A stretch of 64,000 nucleotides of DNA, from positions 1-64,000 of IMG/VR virus record IMGVR_UViG_3300012929_000018; one strand, written 5' to 3'. Positions 1-15,120 of the stretch are shown piece after piece. The position numbers and the translations under genes are program-made. The notes below the pieces were generated by a model, which worked only from the letters and a program-made list of their open reading frames with translations, made no database searches and had not been told where the DNA came from. Every line of letters begins with the position of its first letter. Position 1 is the stretch's first letter. Source of the DNA: a virus.

Positions 1-50
1 AGGACCGAAATTACCAAACTGCAGAGTGCGATTGCGGTTACAGGATTCAC
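1..50 (-). CDS. 5' fragment of a small membrane protein (holin-like?), runs off the window
   Basis: GTG start overlaps the TGA of the upstream gene (GTGA); translates MNPVTAIALCSLVISV, hydrophobic. Confidence 0.45.
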   Translation of the reverse strand, partial: MNPVTAIALCSLVISV

Positions 51-784
51 GGCTTTTTGCCTGTTGCGCTACTTTCGCCTTCCAAACCTTCGAGACCCGC
101 CCCACCTATACCGCCCCCTTGTCCGCCACCCAACCCGCCTTGTCCGCCTTGGCCCCCGCGTCCACCGCGCCCGCCTTCACCGGGCTCTCCGCGTTCACCT
201 TGAATACCTTGAATACCTTGAATACCTTGGATGCCCTGACGCCCCTGCTTAATCTCAATCCCGTGTGCCATTAACAACTCCGAAACTTCCGGCGGGTGTC
301 GACTTTCGAGTAAGGCCACGGTGTAGAGCAACGCCGTCATAACGATGGGCGCCTGATCGACAGCGATGTGAGGCCATGACATTTGAACGCCGTCAGCATA
401 TCGTTGCATCACAGTGCAGTAAATTCCGTTGAAGGCGCTGCACCACAGAACGATTTGCTGCGGGATTAGAAACAACGAAAGCGAACTCATCGAGAGCTTG
501 GTCCGTAACCTAATATCGAGGAAGGCCATAGCCAGGAACGACACGAACAAAAGAACCGCGACGGTGAATGTTCGGTCGTGTTGGCAGAGAACGTAGATGA
601 TTGAAAGTGGTGTGGCGTTTACGCCACGAACGTCGACTAAGATGACAGTCGCCCACACGACATGGAGTAGGCAGGCAAAGGCAATGATGTATTTGCCCAG
701 CGCAGCGCGCGCGATCTTGAGTGTGCCCGACGGCGAATGGGCGAGTAGGGTGCCAAAAAGGGCTCTTAATACATTCATTGGCAT
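47..784 (-). CDS. multi-pass membrane protein with C-terminal collagen-like/Gly-rich tail
   Basis: About four hydrophobic segments, then GRQ-GIQ-GIQ-GIQ-GIQ-GER-GEP and a Gly-rich tract; last full gene of the virion module in this window. Confidence 0.7.
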   Translation of the reverse strand: MPMNVLRALFGTLLAHSPSGTLKIARAALGKYIIAFACLLHVVWATVILVDVRGVNATPLSIIYVLCQHDRTFTVAVLLFVSFLAMAFLDIRLRTKLSMSSLSLFLIPQQIVLWCSAFNGIYCTVMQRYADGVQMSWPHIAVDQAPIVMTALLYTVALLESRHPPEVSELLMAHGIEIKQGRQGIQGIQGIQGIQGERGEPGEGGRGGRGGQGGQGGLGGGQGGGIGGAGLEGLEGESSATGKKP

Positions 785-825
785 GGCTTCACAAGTCTAA
801 CAAATACACGCTAACGAGCTAACAA

Positions 826-1884
826 TCAAGCTGAATACCAGCCGGTGTTGCGGAGCGTCCCAAGTGCCTCAAACCAAGCCTGGTATTTGGGGGCGGTCGC
901 TTCGAGAGAATACTGTGAGCGCGCCCAGCCGCGAACCATCTTTGGGTCTAACGAGGCAACATCTTTGACCGCTTGCACAGCCTCGCGGAGCAGTCGGAAG
1001 CGAAATCCGCCGACGCCGGTCGGCACGGTTTCCGAGAACACGCCTTGATCGGTGGCGATCACAGGTGTTCCGCAGGCCATGGCCTCGATTGCGACGTTGC
1101 CGCCGGGTTCGAGGTAAGTGGTGGGCACGAGGAGCGCCTTAGCCCCGGCAAGGAAACGCGCGCGAGCCGCCACATTGAGCGGCCCAAGATATTGAACGTC
1201 GCCTTCTTCCACAGTCATAGTGCCTGCGCCAGCCACCAACAAAGGAAGTCCTGCTTTCTCCGCGATAATCGCCGCAGTCTTGAGTCCCTTGCGCTCGATG
1301 CGCCGACCGAGGAACGCGAGGTATTCGCTCTTGCCGGTGTTGAGTTTCTTAAAGTCCGCGGGGTCGTAATAAGGTGGGACGACGCGGTCGAAGTATCGAA
1401 CGTCATTCACGTTGGTCTTGGCGTAAACGTGGGCCAGCCAAGAATAGCTCTCGAACGCTGCGAAAATATTGCCGCCGATGACGCCCTCGTAGCCGACCGT
1501 CCACTCGGCATAGATGTTGTCGGTGAGGGTTTGGGCGATGGGCATGTGCGTGCGGCCTGCCGTCAGAAGCACAAGGTCCTCTTTAGCCACGCTGCCCTGC
1601 AACGCTGTAATCACGTTGAGGTTGAACATGGCAGTCTGCGCATCGGTAGGCCAGTCAGGAAGCCGGGCCGGGTCATCCTTGCCGAACGTCGCAATACGCT
1701 CGTCATTAGGGAGGCAGGGTATCAGGGTTGCACCTTCGACCGGCGGCCCCTCGGGGGCGTAGAGAAGAATCTCGTAGCGATCCTTCATCATCTTGCAGAA
1801 CCGGCGGACCTTGCCTGTGTAGGCGCAGCCCTCGAAAGCCTTACTGACCTGCGTGTGAGGCAGAGCCACGAGATGTAATTTCAT
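826..1884 (-). CDS. GT-B glycosyltransferase, family 4-like
   Basis: FLGRRIERKG and EPGGNVAIEAMACGTPVI (EX7E motif); start placed at MKLHLV. Confidence 0.9.
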   Translation of the reverse strand: MKLHLVALPHTQVSKAFEGCAYTGKVRRFCKMMKDRYEILLYAPEGPPVEGATLIPCLPNDERIATFGKDDPARLPDWPTDAQTAMFNLNVITALQGSVAKEDLVLLTAGRTHMPIAQTLTDNIYAEWTVGYEGVIGGNIFAAFESYSWLAHVYAKTNVNDVRYFDRVVPPYYDPADFKKLNTGKSEYLAFLGRRIERKGLKTAAIIAEKAGLPLLVAGAGTMTVEEGDVQYLGPLNVAARARFLAGAKALLVPTTYLEPGGNVAIEAMACGTPVIATDQGVFSETVPTGVGGFRFRLLREAVQAVKDVASLDPKMVRGWARSQYSLEATAPKYQAWFEALGTLRNTGWYSA

Positions 1885-1926
1885 GTGGTTTGATTTCACC
1901 ACAAACGCCGTTCGAGCGCAATATAA

Positions 1927-2802
1927 TTATTCAAACAAGAGTGCGTATTCGCAATCCGAGTTGATTGTGTTCAAGGATTTGGCGCCGGAAGTCGCTGGTC
2001 GCAAGAATAGGTAAGTATGCGCTGCTCCGTAAATTGTAACTAAACTAGTCGTCTCCGGAGTAAAATCCGCTCGCGCGCAAACCAACACGCCCCGCATAGG
2101 ATTGCGCATTGGACCGTATTGAACCCTTACAGGTGCAACACCAACATTTCCGCCGCCGGTTTGGTTCGCAGCAGTGCTAATTAGCGCATACCACGTTGCG
2201 TCATTTGTGCCGACACTTCCCGAAGCTGGAATAAATTGACTTCCCAAAAATTGCACAGAACCTGCTTGAACCCATTGAGTAATTACACACACTCCACTCG
2301 TAGTTTCGGTTCCAGAAGCATCAAGATCACGTTCAATCGCGAACATGAAACCATTTCCACCGCCGTTGGTATCCCAAAATGACATGCGATATGCGCTGGA
2401 CGTTCCTGCACTTCTAACGTTTACTGAGGAAGCGTTAGCTGTATTTCCAGAAAGCGTTTGCTGTGTCCCTAGCTGACCTGTAAGTGCACCTGCTCCGTCT
2501 GTGCCTCCGATTGCGACTTGTAGTTTGAACGCTGGAACATCTGTTTGGGCTCCGGTGCCGAAGTCGAGTCGCATAAAGACCGCTGTCGTCGCCTGCAAAC
2601 TATCATTCATTTTGTAAACGGCATAGCCTTGATAGGTATTAATTGCCGTGGGACGGGTTACCGTCACAAAATTGATTTGCCCAGTGTCCGAAGTTTGGAG
2701 CCAACCGAATCCGGTCAGTCCACTGTGGATTTCATTTATCCACGCTCGAAAACTAGCATCCGATACGTTGGTCTGCGCAAGAGGATTTGTGCGAGTGGCC
2801 AT
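1927..2802 (-). CDS. virion structural/fibre-associated protein, paralog of 4074-4952
   Basis: Gly/Thr/Ser-rich; shares FRAWINEIH..FGWLQT.DTGQINF and TYQGYA.Y.MND.LQ with 4074-4952. Confidence 0.65.
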   Translation of the reverse strand: MATRTNPLAQTNVSDASFRAWINEIHSGLTGFGWLQTSDTGQINFVTVTRPTAINTYQGYAVYKMNDSLQATTAVFMRLDFGTGAQTDVPAFKLQVAIGGTDGAGALTGQLGTQQTLSGNTANASSVNVRSAGTSSAYRMSFWDTNGGGNGFMFAIERDLDASGTETTSGVCVITQWVQAGSVQFLGSQFIPASGSVGTNDATWYALISTAANQTGGGNVGVAPVRVQYGPMRNPMRGVLVCARADFTPETTSLVTIYGAAHTYLFLRPATSGAKSLNTINSDCEYALLFE

Positions 2803-2811
2803 TCAAAATCA

Positions 2812-3552
2812 TTAGTAGGCTGCGACTTCCATCCAATCCACTGAAACCACAACTTGATGCGAGCCGGAAGCAGGTCCCGCTAAAGGTGCCTGAATCGCGA
2901 GCCCTTCGTTTTGAGCTAAGATAATTGGGTATCCATCGATATTATCATCCCAAAGATTAGCTGGATTAGCCCCGAAAAATTGCTGGCCGATTGGAGCCGA
3001 AGCTGAAATCCCACCACCGATTGTAGCAAGAGCGTCTGTATCATTTCCGAGCGTCTGACCAGTCATTCCCGCGGCAGCCGTTCCCAGAATCCACATACCA
3101 CCCAAAAGAGTTGTGCCCATGTTAGTGCGACGTTTGCCATTTCCGCCGGTGAGAGTAGCTGTGGTGCCAATATTCGTGGTAGGGCTTACCGTAAATCCGC
3201 GAGCCAAAAATAGTTGTAAATTGTAAGGAATGCCTGTGGTAACCGCTGCGGTCACTACTGCGTTAACACGAATGCGCTCAATTAAACAAAGCTTTCCAGT
3301 TGAATCTGTCCACCGCATAGCCCAAATCAAAGCATTTGTAGAACCTGTAGGGACGATAATTCCAGAAGTAAGCGATTTCGAATATGCGCCGAGCGCGCCG
3401 AAGGCCGGGGCTCTAACTTGCACTTTCAAACTACCGTCGGAGTCAACTTTGCAGGGCGTCCCTGTTGCGTCGTAAAGCGTTGTTCGCGCGGCTTTGGACG
3501 TGGGGTCAATGGTCAGAAGGTCGACAGTGACGCCGGATTGGATTTGTGCCAT
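2812..3552 (-). CDS. putative virion structural protein
   Basis: Gly/Thr/Ala-rich beta-type sequence ending VDWMEVAAY; lies in the fibre cluster. Confidence 0.55.
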   Translation of the reverse strand: MAQIQSGVTVDLLTIDPTSKAARTTLYDATGTPCKVDSDGSLKVQVRAPAFGALGAYSKSLTSGIIVPTGSTNALIWAMRWTDSTGKLCLIERIRVNAVVTAAVTTGIPYNLQLFLARGFTVSPTTNIGTTATLTGGNGKRRTNMGTTLLGGMWILGTAAAGMTGQTLGNDTDALATIGGGISASAPIGQQFFGANPANLWDDNIDGYPIILAQNEGLAIQAPLAGPASGSHQVVVSVDWMEVAAY

Positions 3553-3590
3553 AGATTAGGGATTATCGCTCATTGTTCGAGGAACGCAAG

Positions 3591-4070
3591 TTACAAGGTT
3601 CCAATGGTGTAGCCAAATTTGTATTTACCGCTGACCGGCATTCGCGAAGAAATGTAAAGCCTAAGAGTGCCATCAGCCGGGACGCCGGGGCAGCCGACGA
3701 TATTGAACATATCCATTTCATTCTCATCGATTGGGCGGCCTGTAGGTGCCACGCCAACCTGCACGCAGATCACGGAAACACCAGATGTTACTTCCGCGTC
3801 GGTAATATCCTGCACCTTAGTATAAGTCGCAGCACCGCCGAAATCGATTTCTACAATTTTTTGTTTCACGTCTGAGGTAAAGGAATACACGCCCTGCGGA
3901 AAGATCTGACCCTCGCCGGGAATTGTGACGCCGCCGCTGATTGGTGTAAAATCATAACCTGTAGACTTGCCCAATTTGGAAGCCGCGATAGAATCATAGT
4001 TCCAAAAAGGAGTCGCCGTGTGATTAACAGGATCATTTTCAGAACTGTTGAAGTTTAAGACAATCGCCAC
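3591..4070 (-). CDS. putative virion structural protein
   Basis: GTG start, tightly packed in the fibre cluster. Confidence 0.5.
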   Translation of the reverse strand: MAIVLNFNSSENDPVNHTATPFWNYDSIAASKLGKSTGYDFTPISGGVTIPGEGQIFPQGVYSFTSDVKQKIVEIDFGGAATYTKVQDITDAEVTSGVSVICVQVGVAPTGRPIDENEMDMFNIVGCPGVPADGTLRLYISSRMPVSGKYKFGYTIGTL

Positions 4071-4073
4071 ACA

Positions 4074-4951
4074 TTACTCCCATAACAGAGCCCAACCAGT
4101 ATCGGCGTTCAAACCATTAAAATTCTGCGCTCCAACTATATCACGCAACATTACATAAGTATGAGTAGAGCCATAAATCGAAACTGGATTAGTCGTTTGA
4201 TCCGCGAAATCGCCCTTTGCATAAATCAAAAGCCCTTTCATAGGATTTCGGAAAGGCCCTAATTGGGTTCGAACCGGCCCCACTCCCACGTTCCCGCCAC
4301 CTGATTGTGTGGCAAGTGAATGCACCATTGCATACAATACGGTCGTGAGTGTGCCTGTGCCCCCGGCGGTTTCCAAAAATTGACTTCCAAATACTGCAGT
4401 TGAGCCGCCCGCGTGATTGATATAAGCCCAGCTAACTCCCGTCGATTGTTCCACTCCTGCGGTATTCAGGTCTCGTTCAATTACTAAACTCCAACCACGC
4501 GCCGCTGATGCAGAGTGTGGCCACATAGACATACGAAAAGAACTGGAAGTTCCAGCAGTTCTGCCGTTAAAGGCCGTGCCTGCCACCACTGTATCGCATC
4601 CCAGAACAAGAACTGCCGATACATTTCCTGTTAAAGTGCCCGCACCATTTGTGCCCCCAATACAAATCTGAAACTTCATTCCAGGAGTATCAGTGTTGGC
4701 GTTCGTTCCAAAATCCAACCGAATGAAAACTGCGCATGCCGATTGCAAGGCGTCATTCATTTGATAAATCGCATAGCCTTGGTAAGTAGATCCGGCAGTA
4801 GGACGGCCGACTGTAGTAAAATTGATTTGTCCTGTATCGGCAGTTTGAAGCCAACCGAAGGCGATTAGAGAATTATGAATCTCGTTAATCCATGCACGAA
4901 ATTGAGCGTCCGTGCTGTTGTTGGGAACTAAAGATGAGACGCGAATTGCCA

Positions 4952-4952
<1 letters not shown>
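4074..4952 (-). CDS. virion structural/fibre-associated protein, paralog of 1927-2802
   Basis: Start re-placed at MAIRVSSL, overlapping the upstream stop (TAATG); colinear similarity to 1927-2802. Confidence 0.7.
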
Positions 4953-8637
<3,685 letters not shown>

Positions 8638-8681
8638 ACGATGAGGACTTTAGCACACGTTTGAAGAATGCACGAATTGTT

Positions 8682-10119
<1,438 letters not shown>

Positions 10120-10120
<1 letters not shown>

Positions 10121-11349
10121 TAGTTCGGAAGCTCGATTGCGCTCACTTGAAGGTCTGTAACAGTCGCGGTGCCGCCAGTGATCGCTGCAAGGCCTAGGTC
10201 GATCCAGTATTGGGTATTCGGTGTCATCGGCACAATAATTGTCGTGATGCTAAAAGGCACTTTGCCCGCAGTGGTAGACGAAATGTATTGAAGAAAAGTT
10301 GAATACCTGCTGCCAGTAAGCGCCGCAGCATTAGCAGGAGCAGCACCCGTCCCAGCGTATATCGCGACTTTTGCTCCATCGCCCACACCGCCAGCATTAA
10401 ATATCGTGCCACAAATAGTAACCAGAACGGCTCCCGTTCCCAAGTTTACCTTAAACCCGACGTTGGCCGGACTAGCCCCCAACCCCATCATTTTACCGGT
10501 CAAATCTGTGGTGCCTGTTGGATTAGCCGGTTGAGTGTTAAGTTCATACGCCGCCCCAGTAGTCGGGTGAAATTGAACGAGCACCGGCATGTTATTCGTA
10601 AAGGTTCCAGCACTAGCTAGCTTACCTTCCCAACCAGTTTGGAAATCGAAGTGAGTAGTGTCGTCAGTTTTCTTATTGACCACAAGCGTCGCAAAAATTG
10701 ACGGATCGCTTTGCGCCGTAATTGTAACAAACGTGCTGCCGCAGTAGGAAAGCACAGAAGAAAGTAGCGTCGCAATACTGTGTCCATCTGCATCGGTTTT
10801 GTTAAATCGAATGTAAGTCGCCGCGTCAGGCGTATCGTCGCCGGAGATGTTTCCAGAACCGGGATCAACGTCAGTCGTCGCAGTGAGCCACCTAAATTTT
10901 AAGCCTGCGGAAGCGCCGCCCGCTCCTGTTCCGCCAGCCGCGCCACTCGCGCCAGTCGTGCCAACGCCCGTCGCGCCCGTAACTCCAATTGGACCAGTGA
11001 CGCCAGTCGCGCCACTCGCTCCGGTGCTTCCCGCGGTGCCTTGGCTTCCAGTCGCGCCCGCAACGCCAGTGGATCCAGTTGGACCCGTGGCTCCTGTGAC
11101 ACCAGTCGTGCCGACACCAGTCGTCCCTGTTGGGCCTGTCGCGCCTGTGACGCCAGTAATGCCAACACCCGTCGGACCCGTCGCGGCAACAGGGCCGGTT
11201 GGGCCAGTTGCGCCAGTTGCGCCGATTGTGCCAGTCTTGTCTAAAATCTGTTGAATGCTCGCGCGCTTGCTTACGCCGCCTTGAACAATCTCGACCAATT
11301 CAGGGCCGGTCAAACCTGCGGATGCCGTTAATTCAGAAATCTTTTTCAT
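10120..11349 (-). CDS. collagen-like fibre protein with KKISEL N-terminal motif
   Basis: [17 protein letters not shown] head, G-X-T/S collagen stretch, beta-rich C terminus. Confidence 0.8.
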
Positions 11350-11501
11350 AGGTCTAACTGTTCAATGATTCCGTCTTCGTAGTCTCGAGTTGAGCCGTCT
11401 TCCGTAACTCGATACGATCCAGAGGGAATACCGTTAGCGGAGACAAGACGTGCAGTGGGGGCACCGGACGTGGGCGGGGTTGCGGTTGGTTCATCGGCCA
11501 T
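11346..11501 (-). CDS. 51-aa structural peptide (not in the ORF track)
   Basis: [51 protein letters not shown]; TEDG..EDG motif of fibre-attachment peptides; ATGA-coupled to the next gene. Confidence 0.7.
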   Translation of the reverse strand: MADEPTATPPTSGAPTARLVSANGIPSGSYRVTEDGSTRDYEDGIIEQLDL

Positions 11502-11504
11502 AGG

Positions 11505-11855
11505 TTACATCGGCCCATCGTTTAGCGCAAGGAAGGTTCCTTCCTCGGGCGTGAATACTTCGCCGCCCGGCGTGGTGACTCGAAGCTGCCAATAATAAAG
11601 TCGGCCGTAGCGAAGCAGCGCGGTTCGGTCGTTTGAAATGGTGACGGTAATGACGCCCTGCTGCGCCGTATAAGTGAACACGATGCCAAGAATCAGGGTT
11701 CCATGGAACAGGGCTGCATCGTCGGAGTCCTGCCGGGAGCGTTTGACGAGAAATTCGACGGTGTGATCGGCCAGATTGTAGGCGTCGCCGTTTGGTTGGG
11801 TAACCTCGAAGGTCAGCGGGACAGTATCGCCGATTAGGATATTAGTGGGCAGCAC
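11505..11855 (-). CDS. small Ig-like fibre adaptor (BppU-N-like), related to 9779-10120
   Basis: GDTVPLTFEV..YNLADHTVEFLVK..GVITVTI..YYWQLRV..EEGTF; start moved to the GTG downstream of the capsid terminator. Confidence 0.65.
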   Translation of the reverse strand: MLPTNILIGDTVPLTFEVTQPNGDAYNLADHTVEFLVKRSRQDSDDAALFHGTLILGIVFTYTAQQGVITVTISNDRTALLRYGRLYYWQLRVTTPGGEVFTPEEGTFLALNDGPM

Positions 11856-11864
11856 GCGTGATAC

Positions 11865-11899
11865 TAACACAAAGGGCCGAGGAATCAACCTCGGCCCTT
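11865..11899 (-). terminator. hairpin terminator after the major capsid gene
   Basis: AAGGGCCGAGG-6 nt-CCTCGGCCCTT followed by TGTGTT on the minus strand. Confidence 0.7.
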
Positions 11900-11917
11900 C
11901 GGAAACTGAATCAGCTA

Positions 11918-13138
11918 TTAGCTGCAAGCCACGAAATCAGTCGCAGCGGAGCAGCGCAAGTGACGAATCACGAAGCCCAAGTCAGGACGTTCCAACTTGA
12001 TGCCATACGCGAACAGCGCGCGGAAGAACCCGATGTTGCCATCGATGTTACAATCGCGATCTGGGATGTTACGCCACACGAACTCGCCAGCCCAGGAGAA
12101 CTGTTGTTGGTAGCTCATGCCGCCCATCGCCACGCCCGGTTTCGGAATGAGAACTCGGAGCACTTCGTCGTGATAGACGACCGTGTCGATGTAGGCCGCG
12201 TTTTTGTAAACGCTGTCCACTTCCCATTTCTTACCGCGGGTTGCGTTGGAGCTAACATACGGGTAGCGCCGAGTATACACAGGGCCCGCCGTAATGTCGT
12301 ACCGAGGAGCGAACTGGATCGCGGCGAATTTGAAGCCGTGATACACTTTGCCGCCCAGTGTCGGAGCGCCGAGCATAGAACCGGTGACCGGTCCTTGGCC
12401 TTCGAATGCGAACAAGAAGTCATTTCGACCGTTGCTCGATTGGCGCTTTAGCTGGTTGAATTGATAGGTGTCACCAACTGCGGTGTAAACGGCGGTGCCG
12501 TCTTCAACTCGCGCGCTCGGGTTAATCGAGCCACCGTTGAATCCGAGTTGCTGGTGAACCTCTTCGAGAATACCAAACGTCAACTGTGAAGTTGGCGGAA
12601 GGGCCGGGTCAAAGGACGCGGCAATCGTGTTGCGGCCTGCGGCGACGCAGTTACCGGCAGCAGCGATATACTCACTCTGATAGGTGTTTGACCAAACCCA
12701 CTTCGTGTTCTCGCTCATTACGCGGGTCACGTTTTTGATTTGATCCATGACTTGCCACTGGAACTTCAAGTCGTCCAAGCAAATGTCGGGCGAGTTGATG
12801 GCCGCTTTCTTCAAAGCGACTGTGCGAGTCGTGATACCGAACGAATCGATCTTGAACCCAGCAAGCGTACACGCACCGGTGTCGGGCAAGTTATTATCCG
12901 AAAGCGGGGTTGTGTTCAGCGTTGCCATGTTCACGAAGAAGTCCGCGTCGGTGACGGCTTTTGTCACGAGCGACCGCTCGTAGATAGGGTAGCTATACTG
13001 ATAGCCATTCCCGTCGAGCCACGGTTCTTTCGGAAGTTTCTGAATGTAGAAGTCACTCATCTCAATCGACTTCACAACGTCGTTACGAACGAGCATTGCG
13101 TGATCGAGAAACAAGTTCTCCAAGGTTGTACAAGGCAT
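11918..13138 (-). CDS. major capsid protein
   Basis: 406 aa, after portal and scaffold, with its own promoter and terminator; C-terminal GEFVW..NIDGNIGFFRALF...PDLGFVIRHLRC recalled from environmental phage capsids. Confidence 0.8.
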   Translation of the reverse strand: MPCTTLENLFLDHAMLVRNDVVKSIEMSDFYIQKLPKEPWLDGNGYQYSYPIYERSLVTKAVTDADFFVNMATLNTTPLSDNNLPDTGACTLAGFKIDSFGITTRTVALKKAAINSPDICLDDLKFQWQVMDQIKNVTRVMSENTKWVWSNTYQSEYIAAAGNCVAAGRNTIAASFDPALPPTSQLTFGILEEVHQQLGFNGGSINPSARVEDGTAVYTAVGDTYQFNQLKRQSSNGRNDFLFAFEGQGPVTGSMLGAPTLGGKVYHGFKFAAIQFAPRYDITAGPVYTRRYPYVSSNATRGKKWEVDSVYKNAAYIDTVVYHDEVLRVLIPKPGVAMGGMSYQQQFSWAGEFVWRNIPDRDCNIDGNIGFFRALFAYGIKLERPDLGFVIRHLRCSAATDFVACS

Positions 13139-13300
13139 ATGAAATTTCTAACTGATGAGGCAATTAGGATCGCCTCTGTTGACCCTCGGAAGTTCCCATT
13201 CTGCAAATGCAGCGGGCCGAAGATTGGTTTCGCCGGGCAACGAAAATAGACCCGAAAACTAACAGAGGCTTTATTTACGCTCGCGCATCACGAGCGAGCC

Positions 13301-13328
13301 AATATGGCACAGTCGAAGTGGCTGTCAA
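13301..13328 (-). promoter_or_regulatory. sigma70-like promoter for the major capsid gene
   Basis: TTGACA-16 nt-CATATT with a TG extension on the minus strand. Confidence 0.6.
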
Positions 13329-13355
13329 GTGTGTTTACAAAACTACCCTACTTTG

Positions 13356-13393
13356 TAAACAAACGGGCGGCCTCGTTGTTGAGGCCGCCCGTT
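13356..13393 (-). terminator. rho-independent terminator after the scaffold gene
   Basis: AACGGGCGGCCTC-6 nt-GAGGCCGCCCGTT followed by TGTTT. Confidence 0.75.
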
Positions 13394-13414
13394 CTACCGG
13401 TTCTTATGCTGAAA

Positions 13415-14749
13415 TTACGGGGGAAGGACGCCTTGAAGCGCCGTCTTCATCGTTCCTGCGAAGGACGCAGTCTGGTCGACTTTCTTCGGCCCAGTTTCGG
13501 CGACTGTCGGAATCTGACCGTTACCGGCCGGAGCCGCGGACGTGCCGCTGAGCTTCAAAATTCGCGCTTCCTTCTCGCCGATCGTTGCCATAGCCGCACT
13601 CAGTTCTTCGAGCAACAGCGGGAACGCATATGCTTTGTAAAGGGAGTTCGCCAAGTCCTCGTTCGACAGTTTCGCAACGTCCATGTTCTGCACCATCGTT
13701 TGAACTTTCACGATTTCGGCATCACGGGCAGCGTTACCTGTCGGTTTGAAGAATCCGTCAGCGTTCAACTTTCCGGCGGCCGTTTGCAGCGCGCTTTTCC
13801 AGTTGGAATCGAAGGCAGAAGCGGCTTGCGCGGCCTCTGCATCTCGCTGAGCTTGAGTGCTTTTCCACTTCTCGGCGGCGTTTGAAATCTCGGACTGTTT
13901 TCGCTCACTCAACTGATCGATCTTGCCGATAAGTTGGTCAAAACGAACCAAATCCATTCGATTGAAGTTCGCAGACAACTCAGAGAGCTTGTCGGTGCGC
14001 GCAATAGGATCCGGATTAGCCAGAGCCGCAGCAAAATCTGCCGCCGGGACTTGATATTTACCGATGATCGCCTGCAAATCAGTGTTTGCTTTCGCCAAGG
14101 GTTTCGAAATTTCTTTTTGGAAGGCTTCGGTCGCCTCAATGTTGGAAATTGCCAACGCACTTTCGTATCGGGCAATTTTCGCCTTCAACTCGGTTACTTC
14201 GGCAGCGTCAGCGGGAGTGCCCGTCGCGCCTTCCATCGATTTGACCTTGGCAACAAGGGCCGCATTCGCTTTTTGAAGCTCCGCGTTCTGGTCGCGGACG
14301 TGTTTGAACGCCGTTCCAGCCTTAATGTCCATTTTCTTGCCCGCTTCATCAAGCTGAGCATCAGTCGGGCCGCTTTCGGCAGGGCCTGTCGCCGCGCCTG
14401 TGGGCCCCGTGGTCGCATCGGCCGGGCCTGTAGTGGCTGGCGGTGGTCCAGAAGGTCCTGACGCGCTGGGCGCGCCTGTAGCACCTTCCACGCCTGTATA
14501 GGCTTGGCCTGTGACCCCAGTTTGTCCAACTACACCGGGGCCGCCAGTGGCGCCAGTTTGTCCGGCAACCGGACCCGTGGCCGCGGGCGCGCGGTAACGA
14601 GGATCGCCGGGCGCTAGTTCGCCAGAGCGAAGGGCAGTCGCTTCCGGCAAAACGCCGTTAGGAAATAATTCTTGGAGTCGTGCGGCAATCGCTGTCTGGG
14701 CGCTTGAAGGCGCTGAACTGGCGTGCGTGATAGGAGCTTCTTCGGGCAT
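13415..14749 (-). CDS. putative capsid scaffolding protein
   Basis: Directly upstream of the capsid gene; disordered N terminus then long Ala/Lys/Glu coiled coils. Confidence 0.65.
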   Translation of the reverse strand: MPEEAPITHASSAPSSAQTAIAARLQELFPNGVLPEATALRSGELAPGDPRYRAPAATGPVAGQTGATGGPGVVGQTGVTGQAYTGVEGATGAPSASGPSGPPPATTGPADATTGPTGAATGPAESGPTDAQLDEAGKKMDIKAGTAFKHVRDQNAELQKANAALVAKVKSMEGATGTPADAAEVTELKAKIARYESALAISNIEATEAFQKEISKPLAKANTDLQAIIGKYQVPAADFAAALANPDPIARTDKLSELSANFNRMDLVRFDQLIGKIDQLSERKQSEISNAAEKWKSTQAQRDAEAAQAASAFDSNWKSALQTAAGKLNADGFFKPTGNAARDAEIVKVQTMVQNMDVAKLSNEDLANSLYKAYAFPLLLEELSAAMATIGEKEARILKLSGTSAAPAGNGQIPTVAETGPKKVDQTASFAGTMKTALQGVLPP

Positions 14750-14751
14750 AA

Positions 14752-15087
14752 TTAGGTGCTAGCAGGTTGGGCCGGTTTATCCGGCGAGGGAGATTTCCAT
14801 GGCACAAGCGGCGTTTGTGACACCGGTGCCGGTTCGAGTAACGCGAATAGGTTATCGAGTGATTCAAAATAACCGTCTTTGCGCGACCCCATGAGTGCAG
14901 CAACAGCCAAAGGCTCTACTGCGGTAACGGGAGTGAGTTTCATTCCCTTGTCGGAAACGATGGTGAGTGCTTTCTGAAAAACGTCGCTAAGGAGCATCGC
15001 TTTCAAGTCTTCTCGGAAGCTCGGATGAGCGTCCCACTGTTTTTGAGTTATGTGACCGAACATTAGATTTATCGCCTTCCCAGGCAC
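14752..15087 (-). CDS. hypothetical head-module protein
   Basis: Between portal and scaffold, preceded by TTGACA-16 nt-AATAGT. Confidence 0.55.
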   Translation of the reverse strand: MPGKAINLMFGHITQKQWDAHPSFREDLKAMLLSDVFQKALTIVSDKGMKLTPVTAVEPLAVAALMGSRKDGYFESLDNLFALLEPAPVSQTPLVPWKSPSPDKPAQPAST

Positions 15088-15120
15088 GACAACTATTACA
15101 CGATTTTTTCGTGTGTCAAA

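Noticed and set aside
197-232. 9-bp tandem repeat ACCTTGAAT
   Set aside because: Simply encodes the GIQ collagen triplets of the 47-784 protein
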